Shown piece by piece: positions 9,802-19,914 of a DNA stretch of 60,200 nt (the first letter of the stretch is position 1; the number at the start of each line of letters is the position of its first letter). The stretch covers positions 1 to 60,200 of the forward strand of contig CBDCEW010000037.1 in assembly GCA_965215885.1 (NCBI GenBank), read 5' to 3'. Made by a program: the position numbers and the translations under genes. Below the pieces are notes generated by a model, which searched no databases, was not told the origin of the DNA, and worked only from the letters and a program-made list of their open reading frames with translations. Source of the DNA: Candidatus Moanibacter sp. (GTDB taxonomy: Bacteria > Verrucomicrobiota > Verrucomicrobiia > Opitutales > UBA2987).

Positions 9802-10648
9802 CGAAGTCGACTTCCAGCGATTGACGGATCTATGTCCCCTCTATCCGTATTACCATCCGTCAGAACTTAGTTTCTTGAACACGTTTTTTCTTTTGGTGAA
9901 TTATAAGAGTCTGGTATTCAAAAGATTGCGGTGGAAACTGTGGTGTCGAACATTCAACAACGAACGCCGAAGGTCTTTACTTCGATGTTGGACGTTCAGT
10001 GTTCGATGTTCGAAGTTCTGCCTTCTCCAATCCGTCGCCAATCCCTCTGCATCAAATTTGCGGTTTTCTCGAATCCGTGGTGCTTTCCTCTTTATTCGCG
10101 TCCATTTGCGGTTCTCTTCTTCTTCCCGCTCTGCGGGATTGCGGCTATGCTGCGCTAGGACATCCGTGAAATCTCGCAGAGTCTGCTGTACGGCAAATCC
10201 ATGGTTTCGCTAATCCGGATCGACTTACCTTCCCACGATGTTTCCCGGTCCATCTGCGTGCATCTGCGGTTCCTCTCTTTCCCTCAATTTGATTGAGGCT
10301 ACGATACGCTAGGAAATCCGCGGTCACGCTAATCTCGATCGACCTCACGTCGAAAGATGCTTCCTGGTCCTCGCTCGCTGGCAGGATTCAGTTTCTCTTC
10401 TCCGTTTTTCTCCGTTTCTCTCTCTTCGCTTCCCCCTCAGCTGGATCGACTCCCTATTCTCCATTCTGCGACAGCCAGATCTAGATCCTCTCTCTATCCG
10501 TGCCATCCGCGAAATCCGCGGTCACGCTGATCCCGATCGACATACCTTCGAACGATGTTTCCCGGCTCATTCGCGTTCATTCGCGGTTCTCTTCTTCTTT
10601 CTTGGATTCGGCTGCGCTAGCCCCTCCGCCCGCCGTCGGACCAACATA

Positions 10649-11518
10649 TCAAGAATCGACTCTGGCGACTCTGGCGAGATCCACTTTCGAAATCAGCGGT
10701 CGTTTACAGGCCTTGATGTTCTTCGTGATTTCGGCTGGCTTCATAATCCCGGCCACGACGCAAGAGACCCCTTCCTGGGCGAGCGTGAACTTTACGGCGG
10801 CCTCGGCCAGGGTTCGACCCTTGCGGGCAAGGAAACGATACGGGTTGATGGGACTCTCCTTCCCCCTCTTGAAGATGCGGCCGCCCGCGAAAGGTGATCT
10901 TGCGAGGATGCCGACCCCTCTCTTCTTGGCCAACGGAAACACGCCCCGCGCCGCCTCCTGTGTCAGGAGGTTAAAGGGCGTCATAATTACCTCAGCACCC
11001 TGATTAATGCATTCCACCGCGCCCTCCGGGTTCACCGATGCGCCGAAGTAGCGAATCTTGCCCTCCTTCTTCAATTTTCGGAGGGCGTTCCAGGTCGCGC
11101 TTTTTCGAATGGCTTCGAGAGGTGGATCGTGCAGCAGGTAGACATCGATGGTGTCCGTTTCGAGTCGCCAGAGACTCATCTCGCAGGCCTGGCGAATATA
11201 CTTCGGATCGTGTCGCTGTGACTCCTTTTCATAGAGGCGCTGAGCTCCATCTCCCCCGGGGATATATCCCACTTTCGATATGATCGTGACCCTCTCCCGT
11301 CTGTCGCGGAATGATCGCCCGATAATACATTCGCTGCGCCCTCCCCCATACGATTCCGCCGTGTCGAAAGTCGTGATACCCGCGTCCAAGGCTCTGTGAA
11401 GGAGCCGCCGCGCCGCGAACGCGTCGATCGGTCCGTAGTACTGGCCCCCGATCTCCCAGCACCCCATCGTGAGTTCCGAGACTTCGATTCCGGTTCTGCC
11501 AAGCTGGCGTGTTCTCAT
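10649..11518 (-). CDS. Aldo/keto reductase
   Basis: MRTRQLGRTGIEVSEL, FDTAESYG, SKVG, DVYLLHDP, GKIRYFG; ATG at 11518 preferred over 11581. Confidence 0.93.
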   Translation of the reverse strand: MRTRQLGRTGIEVSELTMGCWEIGGQYYGPIDAFAARRLLHRALDAGITTFDTAESYGGGRSECIIGRSFRDRRERVTIISKVGYIPGGDGAQRLYEKESQRHDPKYIRQACEMSLWRLETDTIDVYLLHDPPLEAIRKSATWNALRKLKKEGKIRYFGASVNPEGAVECINQGAEVIMTPFNLLTQEAARGVFPLAKKRGVGILARSPFAGGRIFKRGKESPINPYRFLARKGRTLAEAAVKFTLAQEGVSCVVAGIMKPAEITKNIKACKRPLISKVDLARVARVDS

Positions 11519-11778
11519 AGTTAGAGCCTGTTCGAAAAGGGTAAATGCCCTCTGTTGTGAGCGTTTTGGTGGCATATGCAAGGCGGATCGGCTCGGATCA
11601 ATCCGTAAATGCGGTTCTCCGAGCCGGTCAAACGCCGCTCAACTGCGCATCGATCTATTATTTAATCGCCTCTCCTATCGGTCTTCGCGTCAACCTATGC
11701 CAGAACGAGACATGCTCTTCATCACATCTCGATCTTTTGATACATTGAGGAATACAATCTCTGTCCGGAGCAAGAACC

Positions 11779-11807
11779 TTGACATTTTGCGTATTTCTGT
11801 ACGCAAT
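11779..11807 (+). promoter_or_regulatory. TA operon promoter with palindromic operator
   Basis: TTGACA at 11779; perfect IR ttgcgta-N6-tacgcaa at 11787..11806; ATG 9 nt downstream. Confidence 0.65.
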
Positions 11808-11815
11808 CACCCGAA

Positions 11816-12094
11816 ATGGAGTTTGAGTTCGACCCGGAAAAGAGCCGGCAGAATTTCGAGAAACACGGAATAGATTTTGTTAACGCCCGTCGATTATGGA
11901 AAGACACGAAAAGCAAGGTGATTTTGGCGCGATCCGAGGATGAAAATCGATTGATGCGGATTGCCCGCCTGAAAGGAAAATGTTGGTCGGCAGTCTACAC
12001 GTTAAGAGAAGGACGGGTAAGGTTGATCAGTGTGAGGAGATCGAGGAAAAGTGAAAAAGATTATTACAGCTCAGGAACTGGACCGGAAGTTTGA
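11816..12094 (+). CDS. brnT: BrnT-family toxin
   Basis: MEFEFDPEKSRQNFEKHGIDF ... RLISVRRSRKSE. Confidence 0.92.
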   Translation: MEFEFDPEKSRQNFEKHGIDFVNARRLWKDTKSKVILARSEDENRLMRIARLKGKCWSAVYTLREGRVRLISVRRSRKSEKDYYSSGTGPEV

Positions 12095-12326
12095 TTCAGG
12101 TGCCGAGGACGTTCTCGAGCATTTTTACCTATCTGCCGAGCGCGTGACGACCGATCAGCTTCGGAAACTTTCGCCCTTGCTCAATATGGCGGAACTGGCG
12201 CGACGAGCAGGTATGCGCAAAACGACCCTGGCGAGCAAAATTCAGCGGGGGACTCCCTTGAATGACGATGAGTCGCTTGTGCTTCACAGGGTTCTCAAAG
12301 ATGCCGGGTTGATGATCACTGCATAG
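12051..12326 (+). CDS. Antitoxin with BrnA-like N-terminus and HTH-like C-terminus
   Basis: Overlaps brnT; ITAQELDRKFDSG..DVLEHF followed by NMAELARRAGMRKTTLASKI. Confidence 0.75.
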   Translation: MKKIITAQELDRKFDSGAEDVLEHFYLSAERVTTDQLRKLSPLLNMAELARRAGMRKTTLASKIQRGTPLNDDESLVLHRVLKDAGLMITA

Positions 12327-12370
12327 CCGGATCTTCGAGACGAGTTGAGTTTATGCCATTGTCGAGGAAC

Positions 12371-13420
12371 TCACTCATTCCCCCACGGGAAGGACTCGAT
12401 TCGCCGGGAGCGGTTTTCCAAGGGAAGCGACACTACGGCCCCCTCCCTCGCACTGGACTCATGGATGGCGAATCCAATTTCAGTGGTACGGCGGGCGTGC
12501 TCGATGTCACAGGCCGTCCGGCCGCCGCTTCGGATAGCATTGACAAGGTCGCGAACCATGGCTGGGCCGGCCGGCCAGCCCTCTTCTGTGGCAGGAATTG
12601 ACAGCGGCTCGGGCGGCGTTACGCTTTCGCTCCCGGATTCCTGCCGCAATACAAAGGCCTTGGTGGCATCCTCGAGGATGATCAAATGCCCCTCGGTGCC
12701 GAGAACGTGAATGTCAAAGCGAAGTCGCCCATGAGCTTTCGCAATCCATGCTCTCACGCCGTTGGAGAAAACGATCTCCGCGTTGCCGGAGGGGTCCAGT
12801 CTCTTGCGTGAGTCCAGGGGCTCGTCTGATAAATCTTCCACAAATCCGCTTACCGAGGCGGGCTCCGGATCGCCCAGTACCATTAGAAGTGCGTCATAGG
12901 TATGGGACCCATGATTGATGAGATTGGGCAGCCCGAAGTGAGAAACACTGATGACATCGCCAATGATTCCATCCCTGATGGCGTCCCGGACGTGGTTATA
13001 GCCGGGCCACCAGCGACGATCGAGGGCGAGCACAAACGGTACGTTCCCGTCTCGGCACGCCTTTACGATTCGGTCCAGCTCCGTCAGGCTTGGCGCCAGC
13101 GGCTTATCGACAATAATCCCTCGCACACCCCTTGCAACGGCTGCTTCGACCTGATCGGCATGCATTTTATGACTTGTGGCGATGCAGATAATGTCCGGCC
13201 TGGATTCGTCGAGCATCTGCCCGTAGTTGTCGTAGGCGGCAACGTCTCCCCAGCAATTGACAAACTCCTCCCTCGTTTCCGGCCCGAGGTCGAAGACCGC
13301 GCTTATGCGCGTCTCGGGCACGGCGTCAAAGAAAGTGGCAAAATTGTGGGCGTCGATTTTTTTCGTCACCTGGCGGTGGCACCCGGAAATAACCACGCTA
13401 AGGGTTTCTGAGCTGTTCAT
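12371..13420 (-). CDS. Gfo/Idh/MocA oxidoreductase
   Basis: DIICIAT...H, VDKPLA, RRW, HTYD motifs; 349 aa. Confidence 0.9.
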   Translation of the reverse strand: MNSSETLSVVISGCHRQVTKKIDAHNFATFFDAVPETRISAVFDLGPETREEFVNCWGDVAAYDNYGQMLDESRPDIICIATSHKMHADQVEAAVARGVRGIIVDKPLAPSLTELDRIVKACRDGNVPFVLALDRRWWPGYNHVRDAIRDGIIGDVISVSHFGLPNLINHGSHTYDALLMVLGDPEPASVSGFVEDLSDEPLDSRKRLDPSGNAEIVFSNGVRAWIAKAHGRLRFDIHVLGTEGHLIILEDATKAFVLRQESGSESVTPPEPLSIPATEEGWPAGPAMVRDLVNAIRSGGRTACDIEHARRTTEIGFAIHESSAREGAVVSLPLENRSRRIESFPWGNE

Positions 13421-13797
13421 GATCTGTCATTCTTCCATTCCTTTTTCGGTTGCGCAATCAAATCCTTCACAAATGCGACCTTGAGAATTCTTAGGGCCCG
13501 GGAAAGGTATCGTACCGGGAAAGGGGTCCGGCACTCCTTCCGCAAATGCCTTTTCCAGGCGTGCGAGAGTGCCGGCCAAGTTCGGGCCAAGAAGGCAGGT
13601 GAGTACTTGAAGGTCGACCGGATGAGTCGCGGCTGGGCTTTGCCCACAAAGGCACTCAAGAGAGCGGTCGTGTAAGCCGGAGAGGGAAGATTAGCCCGCA
13701 GATGCTACGAGAAGCTGAGGTCCAGGATTAACTCCCGGTCCTCTTCTGCCCAAAGCTAGTCGTACACAGCGCACATCATTTTTTGCGTTCTTGGCGG

Positions 13798-13847
13798 CTT
13801 CTCGACAGGGCGTAGTGCCGCTTGCGGGTCGAAGACCGTTGCGTGAG
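13798..13847. repeat. About 50-bp dispersed repeat (also 32385..32434 and 34404..34453)
   Basis: Pattern cttctcgacagggcg.ag..ccgct..gcgg..cgaagaccgttgcgtgag occurs three times. Confidence 0.75.
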
Positions 13848-14299
13848 ATTTTCTTATTCCCGCAATTCCGTGAATACGGATCCTATTTCAAGAAAGGACT
13901 TTCGGCCTATTATAGGAAAATATTCCGACTTTCAGGGCTAATCGCAGTATGAAATTGTCTCACGCAAAGCTCCCGGCGCGCCGGGACAAAGGGGGAATTG
14001 GGTTTGACTCAAAAAATGGTGTGGCTGGCATGGGACCAGATTGCGAATTACTTGAAAGACAAAATGCCATGAGAATTCTGTATTCGAGCCTCCAAAGAGC
14101 ACCACGAGATCGGGGATTCACAACAATTTACTTGCACCACGGTAAGAAAGTCGTAGATTCTGGCCTTGCTTACAGGGCGCAACTCGTTCGCGGAAAGGGA
14201 CTCTCCCACCTCTTTTAGATAACTAACTTGGTTCTTCGACGAACCTCTTTCAGCCCGTCCGCGGACACCGGGCATCATCAATCAACGAAGGAGGTTTTG

Positions 14300-14452
14300 A
14301 TGTCTGATAGCCAAATTGTTCACCCTCTCACAGGTAATTTCCTGCCGCGCAGGACAATCGACCTGTTTGAACCCGCAATTGTCGCGGTCCAGGCTTCGAA
14401 TTTCGATGTGAATTCCGCCCCCAGAATGTACGTGGATGGAGGTGCGGCATGA
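14300..14452 (+). CDS. Putative 50-aa leader ORF
   Basis: AAGGAGG RBS upstream; stop overlaps the ankyrin start (ATGA). Confidence 0.4.
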   Translation: MSDSQIVHPLTGNFLPRRTIDLFEPAIVAVQASNFDVNSAPRMYVDGGAA

Positions 14453-16014
14453 CAGAAGCAAACTCGTTCGTACAGTCCCTTCCGGCCAAGCCGAACCTGG
14501 AAAAGCAAAAGAAATGGGCCAAGGAATTGCTTCGAGCCCTGAGAGAGGGCGACCTGGAAGCGACCGCTCGTTTCAAAGCGTTACATCCAAATTGCAGGTC
14601 GGCTGAGTTGATGAAGCTAGCCGACGCGCAACTCGTCGTCGCCCGCAGCTATGGCTTCGACAGTTGGCCGAAGCTCAAGGAGAAAATTGTCGGGTTGTCG
14701 AAGTCGCCGCTTGAAGCTTGGAAGGACGCTGTCCTCGCAGGCGACGCCGACCGCGTCCGTGAATTGTTGGACAAGAATCCGGAGGTTCGCAAATCGGTCA
14801 ACGAACCGATCTTTGCCTTCGGTGGCCGTGCCGCGCAGATCAGCGGTAACAACCTTTCGCTCATCGACGTATTGCTCGAGTACGGCGCTGATCTGAATCT
14901 GAAAAGCGAATGGTGGGCGGGCGGTTTCGGTATCCTCGAAAGTGCGGATTCAGAAGTAGTCGACGCACTGATCGAACGGGGCGCGCTCGTCGATGTCTGG
15001 GCGGCGGCGAAACTGAATCGATTCGATCGCCTGAAGCAGCTAGTGGAAGCAGATCCGACGCTCATCAACGCCAAAGGCGGCGACGGAAAACGGCCGCTTC
15101 ATTATGCGCAAACTGTGGAAATCGCCGAATACCTTCTCCAGCACGGCGCGGAGATAGACGCGCGTTGCGTCGACCACCAATCGACGGCGGCGCAATACCA
15201 CTGCGTCCGACTTTCGGAGGTCGCTCGCTACCTCGTCGACCAAGGTGCATGGTCCGATATCTTCATGGCCGTCGCTCTCCGCGATTTCGATCTGATCAGG
15301 AGGCACTTGCGAGACGACCCCGAAGCCCTCGACCATCGTCTCTGGCAGGGCAAATATGCCGTCAACCACGACATTCCAGCGGCGGAGGCCTGCGAACCGA
15401 TCGGTGACCTCCGCGGCGACATCTATCGGTGGGAATTCGGCCACAACACATCGGTCCTCGACGTCGTGCGGAAAAACGGTGACGACGAATTCGCCACTCT
15501 CCTCCTCAAGCACGCGAATCCCGCACAAAGGCTCCTCGATGCATGTGGACGTGGCGACCGTGCGACGGCGGAGGTTATCCAGGCGGAGCAATCCGATTTG
15601 ATATCCACGCTCACCCACACCGAGCGGCGCGTTATTGTCGATCGCGCCCACGCCAATGACGCTGCCGGGGTCAAGCTCATGATGGATCTCGGCTTCGATC
15701 CGAACGTTCCAGGCGTCGACGGCGTCGGCTGTATCTACTGGGCCGGTTTTCACGGCAACGCTGACATGATGGAGGCCCTTCTACGGGGAAGCATAAAGCA
15801 GCCCATCAACGAGAAGGACAAGAACTACAACAGCTCGCCGTTAGGTTGGGCGATCCACGGCTCGATGAACAGCTGGGAGCGTGCAAACGGCGATTATCCT
15901 CGCACTGTGCAACTGCTTGCCGATGCCGGCGCAGCCTTCACGGAAGCATGGCCCCCCACCGGCAACGAAGGCATCGACGAAGTGCTTCGCCTGAAGTTGA
16001 AAGACAAACCGTGA
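14449..16014 (+). CDS. Ankyrin-repeat protein
   Basis: N-terminal LPAKPNLE..KK.AKELL...LADAQLVVARSYGFDSW domain; ankyrin motifs RPLHYA, LLQHGAEIDA, SPLGWA. Confidence 0.9.
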   Translation: MTEANSFVQSLPAKPNLEKQKKWAKELLRALREGDLEATARFKALHPNCRSAELMKLADAQLVVARSYGFDSWPKLKEKIVGLSKSPLEAWKDAVLAGDADRVRELLDKNPEVRKSVNEPIFAFGGRAAQISGNNLSLIDVLLEYGADLNLKSEWWAGGFGILESADSEVVDALIERGALVDVWAAAKLNRFDRLKQLVEADPTLINAKGGDGKRPLHYAQTVEIAEYLLQHGAEIDARCVDHQSTAAQYHCVRLSEVARYLVDQGAWSDIFMAVALRDFDLIRRHLRDDPEALDHRLWQGKYAVNHDIPAAEACEPIGDLRGDIYRWEFGHNTSVLDVVRKNGDDEFATLLLKHANPAQRLLDACGRGDRATAEVIQAEQSDLISTLTHTERRVIVDRAHANDAAGVKLMMDLGFDPNVPGVDGVGCIYWAGFHGNADMMEALLRGSIKQPINEKDKNYNSSPLGWAIHGSMNSWERANGDYPRTVQLLADAGAAFTEAWPPTGNEGIDEVLRLKLKDKP

Positions 16015-16277
16015 TGGCGGGCGAGCCTTGACCCTCAAGCGGGCGACGCGCGCTTAGCGATACGTCGGATGAACGTGCTTTTCCCCTCACCGTACGCGGT
16101 ACGGTCAAAGCGAAAGCGATGGGCCAGTTCCCGTTTCAATTCGTTCCCGACTGCACCAGAACGGTCCGGCCGCGACCGTTCGAATTGGCGAGGAGCAGAA
16201 CACTCGGGAATGCCTTGTATACTGTTGTCGTTCGGCAGTAAGGTCAGAGCAATCCAGACAGCGACAGGATTCAGTTT

Positions 16278-17363
16278 ATGAAGATATCGGTCGGGTTAGC
16301 CCTACTTCTTTCCTCCAGCGCTTGCCTCTTGCAGGCCGAGACTCCGGAATTTTTCGAGTCTGACGATCTCGTCTCGTTTCGACTGGAAGCCCCCATCGCC
16401 TCCTTGAAAAAGCAGAAAGGTGACGATCCTGAGTGGCTGGAAGCAAAAGTCTTCTTTCGAAAAGCCGAAGGAGTAGAGGCGTCTCTCAACGTCAAGATCA
16501 AAGTTCGGGGCGTGTTCCGCAGGAAGAGAAGCAATTGTTCGTTTCCTCCATACTGGATCAATTTCAGAAAGTCGGAGGTTAAAGGCACCCTTTTCGAAGG
16601 ATTGGATAAGGTCAAGGTGGTTGCTCATTGTCAGAATTACGGGGGCTCCTACGAGCCTTACATCCACACCGAGTATCTGGCCTACAGGACCTACAATATC
16701 CTCACCGAAAGGAGTTTCCGTGTTCGACTTGCAAACGTCCACTATATTGACACCAATCGGAATAAAGACCTCAGCGTCTTCGCTGCTTTTTTCATCGAAC
16801 ATGCTGAATCGTTTGAAGACCGTCTGAATGCTAAACAGGTAAGAGATCGGTATATTTTGCCATCCAGATACAATCTGAAAGAACTGTGCCGGGCGGAGAT
16901 GTTTCAGTTCTTCGTTGGCAATACCGACTTCAGTTTTCTCGTCAGCGATGACGAGTGCTGCCACAACGGCAAGGCTTTCAGGTTAAAAGGCCACAAAGAC
17001 GGACTGATCCCCGTGCCATATGACTTTGATCTATCCGGGCTAGTGAATCCTCCCTATGCTGTGGTTAACCCCCGCCTTCCCATAGATTCAGTGAGAACCC
17101 GTTATTACCGGGGCTTGGGTGTCGAAAGGGAAATTCTGGAGGATACCATCAATCATTACCTCAGAAAAAAGGATGAAATCTATGACCTTTGGGAAAATGC
17201 TGATTTTCTTGCGGCTAAACACCATTCCAAAGCATGGAATTACATCGACCGGTTTTATAGGATCATTGAGGACAAGGAAAAAATCAGTCGCATGATCATT
17301 GCACAGCTCAGGCATATCGGAGGTGTTGAGAAAATCGTCCAAGAGAGAATCGACAAGGAGTGA
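16278..17363 (+). CDS. Secreted protein, possible CotH-like atypical kinase fold
   Basis: Signal peptide; RGVFR, EYLAY, FFIE, GNTD, HN, PYDFD motifs. Confidence 0.6.
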   Translation: MKISVGLALLLSSSACLLQAETPEFFESDDLVSFRLEAPIASLKKQKGDDPEWLEAKVFFRKAEGVEASLNVKIKVRGVFRRKRSNCSFPPYWINFRKSEVKGTLFEGLDKVKVVAHCQNYGGSYEPYIHTEYLAYRTYNILTERSFRVRLANVHYIDTNRNKDLSVFAAFFIEHAESFEDRLNAKQVRDRYILPSRYNLKELCRAEMFQFFVGNTDFSFLVSDDECCHNGKAFRLKGHKDGLIPVPYDFDLSGLVNPPYAVVNPRLPIDSVRTRYYRGLGVEREILEDTINHYLRKKDEIYDLWENADFLAAKHHSKAWNYIDRFYRIIEDKEKISRMIIAQLRHIGGVEKIVQERIDKE

Positions 17364-17591
17364 AAACCCCGTAAGACCGGCTCCTCCAGCTCACACTGAA
17401 CTGGTTCGAAGCCGGAGAGTTCGGTCTCGTTAGTAATCGTTGGCTTCGCCCAATCCGATCTGACCCTTTTCCCGGCCCCCTCGCCGCATCGGTAGGGGCT
17501 GCCAGAGCGACCCGTTGTAGGCGAAGTGTTCCCATTCACCCCCAAAGCGCGCGACGCGCGCTTGCTAGATTTTTGCGGCAGCAAAAATCTC

Positions 17592-17678
17592 CGGAGAGGG
17601 AGGGATTCGAACCCCCGGGACCGTTACCGGCCCACCTGATTTCGAGTCAGGCACGATCGGCCACTCTGCCACCTCTCC
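17592..17678 (-). tRNA. tRNA-Ser(CGA)
   Basis: GGAGAGG/CCTCTCC acceptor stem, anticodon arm CCTGA-CT CGA AA-TCAGG, long variable arm, GGTTCGAATCC T-arm, discriminator G, no encoded CCA. Confidence 0.96.
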
Positions 17679-17683
17679 AAAGT

Positions 17684-17891
17684 TTTTCGGCGGACGTGTT
17701 TAGCGTGATGGGTAATAGTCTTAAAGCACTTGCAGGTATATTCGACGTTCGGGGTCATGTCCTTGAGAAGTTGCTGTTTTTCCGCTTCGCTTAAGGGGGA
17801 CCCCGAAAAACAGCCACTGCTAAGGCTTGACCCCTTACAATAAGTATCGAACTGAAACATAACCCATCACGCTAAACACGTCCGCCGAAAA
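17684..17891. repeat. Perfect 30-bp inverted repeats (17684..17713 / 17862..17891) around a 148-bp spacer
   Basis: ttttcggcggacgtgtttagcgtgatgggt and its exact reverse complement; degenerate inner palindrome 17751..17834. Confidence 0.95.
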
Positions 17892-18424
17892 TCTAACACG
17901 CATATTCCACCGCTTTGGCGCAAACGGAGTAAAGTAAATTGTGAAGAATCGGTTGAGAAAAAGGAGCAATATAGCCTGCCCGAGCTCGAGTTTGCGCCAA
18001 AGTGGTAAAATATGCCTGCTGGTGAGTGTTCGGTAGTTGAGTGGTGTGTCAGTATAATATTTAGTGAGGTTTGAGAAGGGTACTCGAGCGAAGAATCTCA
18101 GTCGTGCCATTTTAGCTATCGTTCTCGTTCTCGACTTTAAATTCGAATCCTCTGCTATCGTGTCTCTCAATCGTGATCTCCAGTCGAGGAAGAAGGAACG
18201 ATATCAGATCACGATTAGGATCACGACCGCAGATGGACCGTTCAACAGCTCCCTAATACGCGATTACGTTAGTCTGGGATGGAGACCAGTTTAAAAGAGA
18301 CCCACCCCTGGCCCCTCCGAGGGAGGGGATATTGAAAGAATGCCGCGCCAATACGAGATCAGTTTTCTTCCTCGCAATCGTGCCCATTCTGGAGGTACGG
18401 GCTCCAGCCTTCAAGTTTTTGGCT

Positions 18425-18757
18425 CTATCTTAGATTCTCGATATCCTCGATCAGATTATCGAGATCATTTTCAATAATACCCCAAACAATCTCGTCCTCG
18501 ATGTGGTCGTAGGCATGCGCTAAAATGTTCCGAAACGATTTTATGCTTCGAAAATTTCGGATAGATTCCAAGACTTCCTGATCGATCCCACCGATCCGTG
18601 TAAGGGCTTCTCCTATAATCTCAAAGCACCTTTCGACTGCGAATCGAGTCTTCTTGTCCTCCTTGTAAGACTCGATAGTGTGCCCTGATACAAATTCCCG
18701 AATCGAATGACACTCCGTCAAGATGTCATCCAATAACTCTGGAATATCATCGCTCAT
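18425..18757 (-). CDS. HepT-like (DUF86) HEPN ribonuclease toxin
   Basis: AVERCFEIIGEA and RNILAHAY (RX4HXY). Confidence 0.92.
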   Translation of the reverse strand: MSDDIPELLDDILTECHSIREFVSGHTIESYKEDKKTRFAVERCFEIIGEALTRIGGIDQEVLESIRNFRSIKSFRNILAHAYDHIEDEIVWGIIENDLDNLIEDIENLR

Positions 18758-19046
18758 ACAGAGGAATCCGATCGTTCTCTATCTTCTCCATTAAGCTTCT
18801 CTTTTTCAATGACTTATACGTCAGTAGATCAATTGAAGAATTCAATTCATCCTCAAGGGCATGCAGTAGACCGAAAAATCGTTTTGAATACTCCGCCGGC
18901 AGCGATTCGGCAAAATCTGCTATGAAATCGTAGTCGTTCCGTTCAACACCTGGGCTGTGCGCACGCGAACCAAACAGGTCCAGTCTCAACACTCCCTGTT
19001 CTTCACAAATCCCTTTAAGTCGACTCCTTAGCTCATCAAGGTTCAT
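18747..19046 (-). CDS. MNT-family nucleotidyltransferase antitoxin
   Basis: LFGS...DYD and IDLL motifs; overlaps the HEPN gene. Confidence 0.9.
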   Translation of the reverse strand: MNLDELRSRLKGICEEQGVLRLDLFGSRAHSPGVERNDYDFIADFAESLPAEYSKRFFGLLHALEDELNSSIDLLTYKSLKKRSLMEKIENDRIPLYER

Positions 19047-19478
19047 AGGACCATTCTACTCCAAGCCTGTTTCTTTTCAATTTTTTCTTGTTGAATGCGC
19101 CGCTCACCAACTTACAGCAAGATCGTAGTCCCGGCTCTGACAAAGCATGAGACGAGGAAGAATCAGGAATGTTGGTGAAGCGGCCGTTTTCCGAAGCCGC
19201 GCTGCGTGGGCCGAGAATCCAGTGAGTGTGCGTTATATGGGTGGTGTGTCAGCAACATTCTGGAAGTGGTTTGAGAAAGATACTCGGGCCAGATTCCCAG
19301 TCCTACCCGATTAGCTATCGTTCTCGTCCTCGTATTCGTGCTCGTGCTCGTGCTCGAGATACTGGCACTATCCTTCGGGATATTGGCTTTCCCCTTCGAG
19401 AACGAACTGTAAGACCCAGTCGTGCGACAAACCGGATTGTGTTTGGTGCGATATCGTTAGTTTGGAATGTACACCAGC

Positions 19479-19660
19479 CTAGCCCGAACATTTCACACAC
19501 TTCGTAGCGAGACCGCGTAGATTGCTGCATATCAGAGCCTTTCCGCAGCACAGCGGGCGACAGCGTGTTGAGACCCTCTGCGGTCGCCGGGCAAGGGAAG
19601 GGTTTGAGATGCAGTGATATCCGCGATCGCAGCAGGAGATATGTGAAATATTCGGGCTAG
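19479..19660. mobile_element. MITE with CTAG-bounded TIRs, copy 1
   Basis: ctagcccgaacatttcaca ... tgtgaaatattcgggctag; second copy at 33985..34175. Confidence 0.85.
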
Positions 19661-19914
19661 CAGAGACCCACCCCTTACCCCTCCGTGGGAGGGAAACTTG
19701 AAATCATGTTCTCAATCGTCATCTCCAGTCGAGGAAGAGGAAACATTGGTGAGTTTCCGCCTTCCCCCGCATATTTGCAAAATGAATCTGGAGGAATGTA
19801 GATAAAAAAGAAGAAGAGAACCGCAGATGGACGCGAATGCAGAAGGAAACTCCTACTTCCCTTGGAAGCCTTGCATGCCTCGGCAAAGCAGGGTGACGAT
19901 TCCGCTGGACGGGA

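Noticed and set aside
9500..10640. ORFs such as 9611..10213 in repeat-rich intergenic DNA (also 3337-3745, 19226-20322, 31992-32700, 41990-42400)
   Set aside because: Translations of simple and palindromic repeats with no protein-like motifs.
16035..17563. About 20-bp direct repeat gcg.gcgacgcgcgctt flanking the CotH-like gene near the tRNA, as att sites
   Set aside because: Does not match the tRNA 3' end, is low complexity, and no integrase is nearby.
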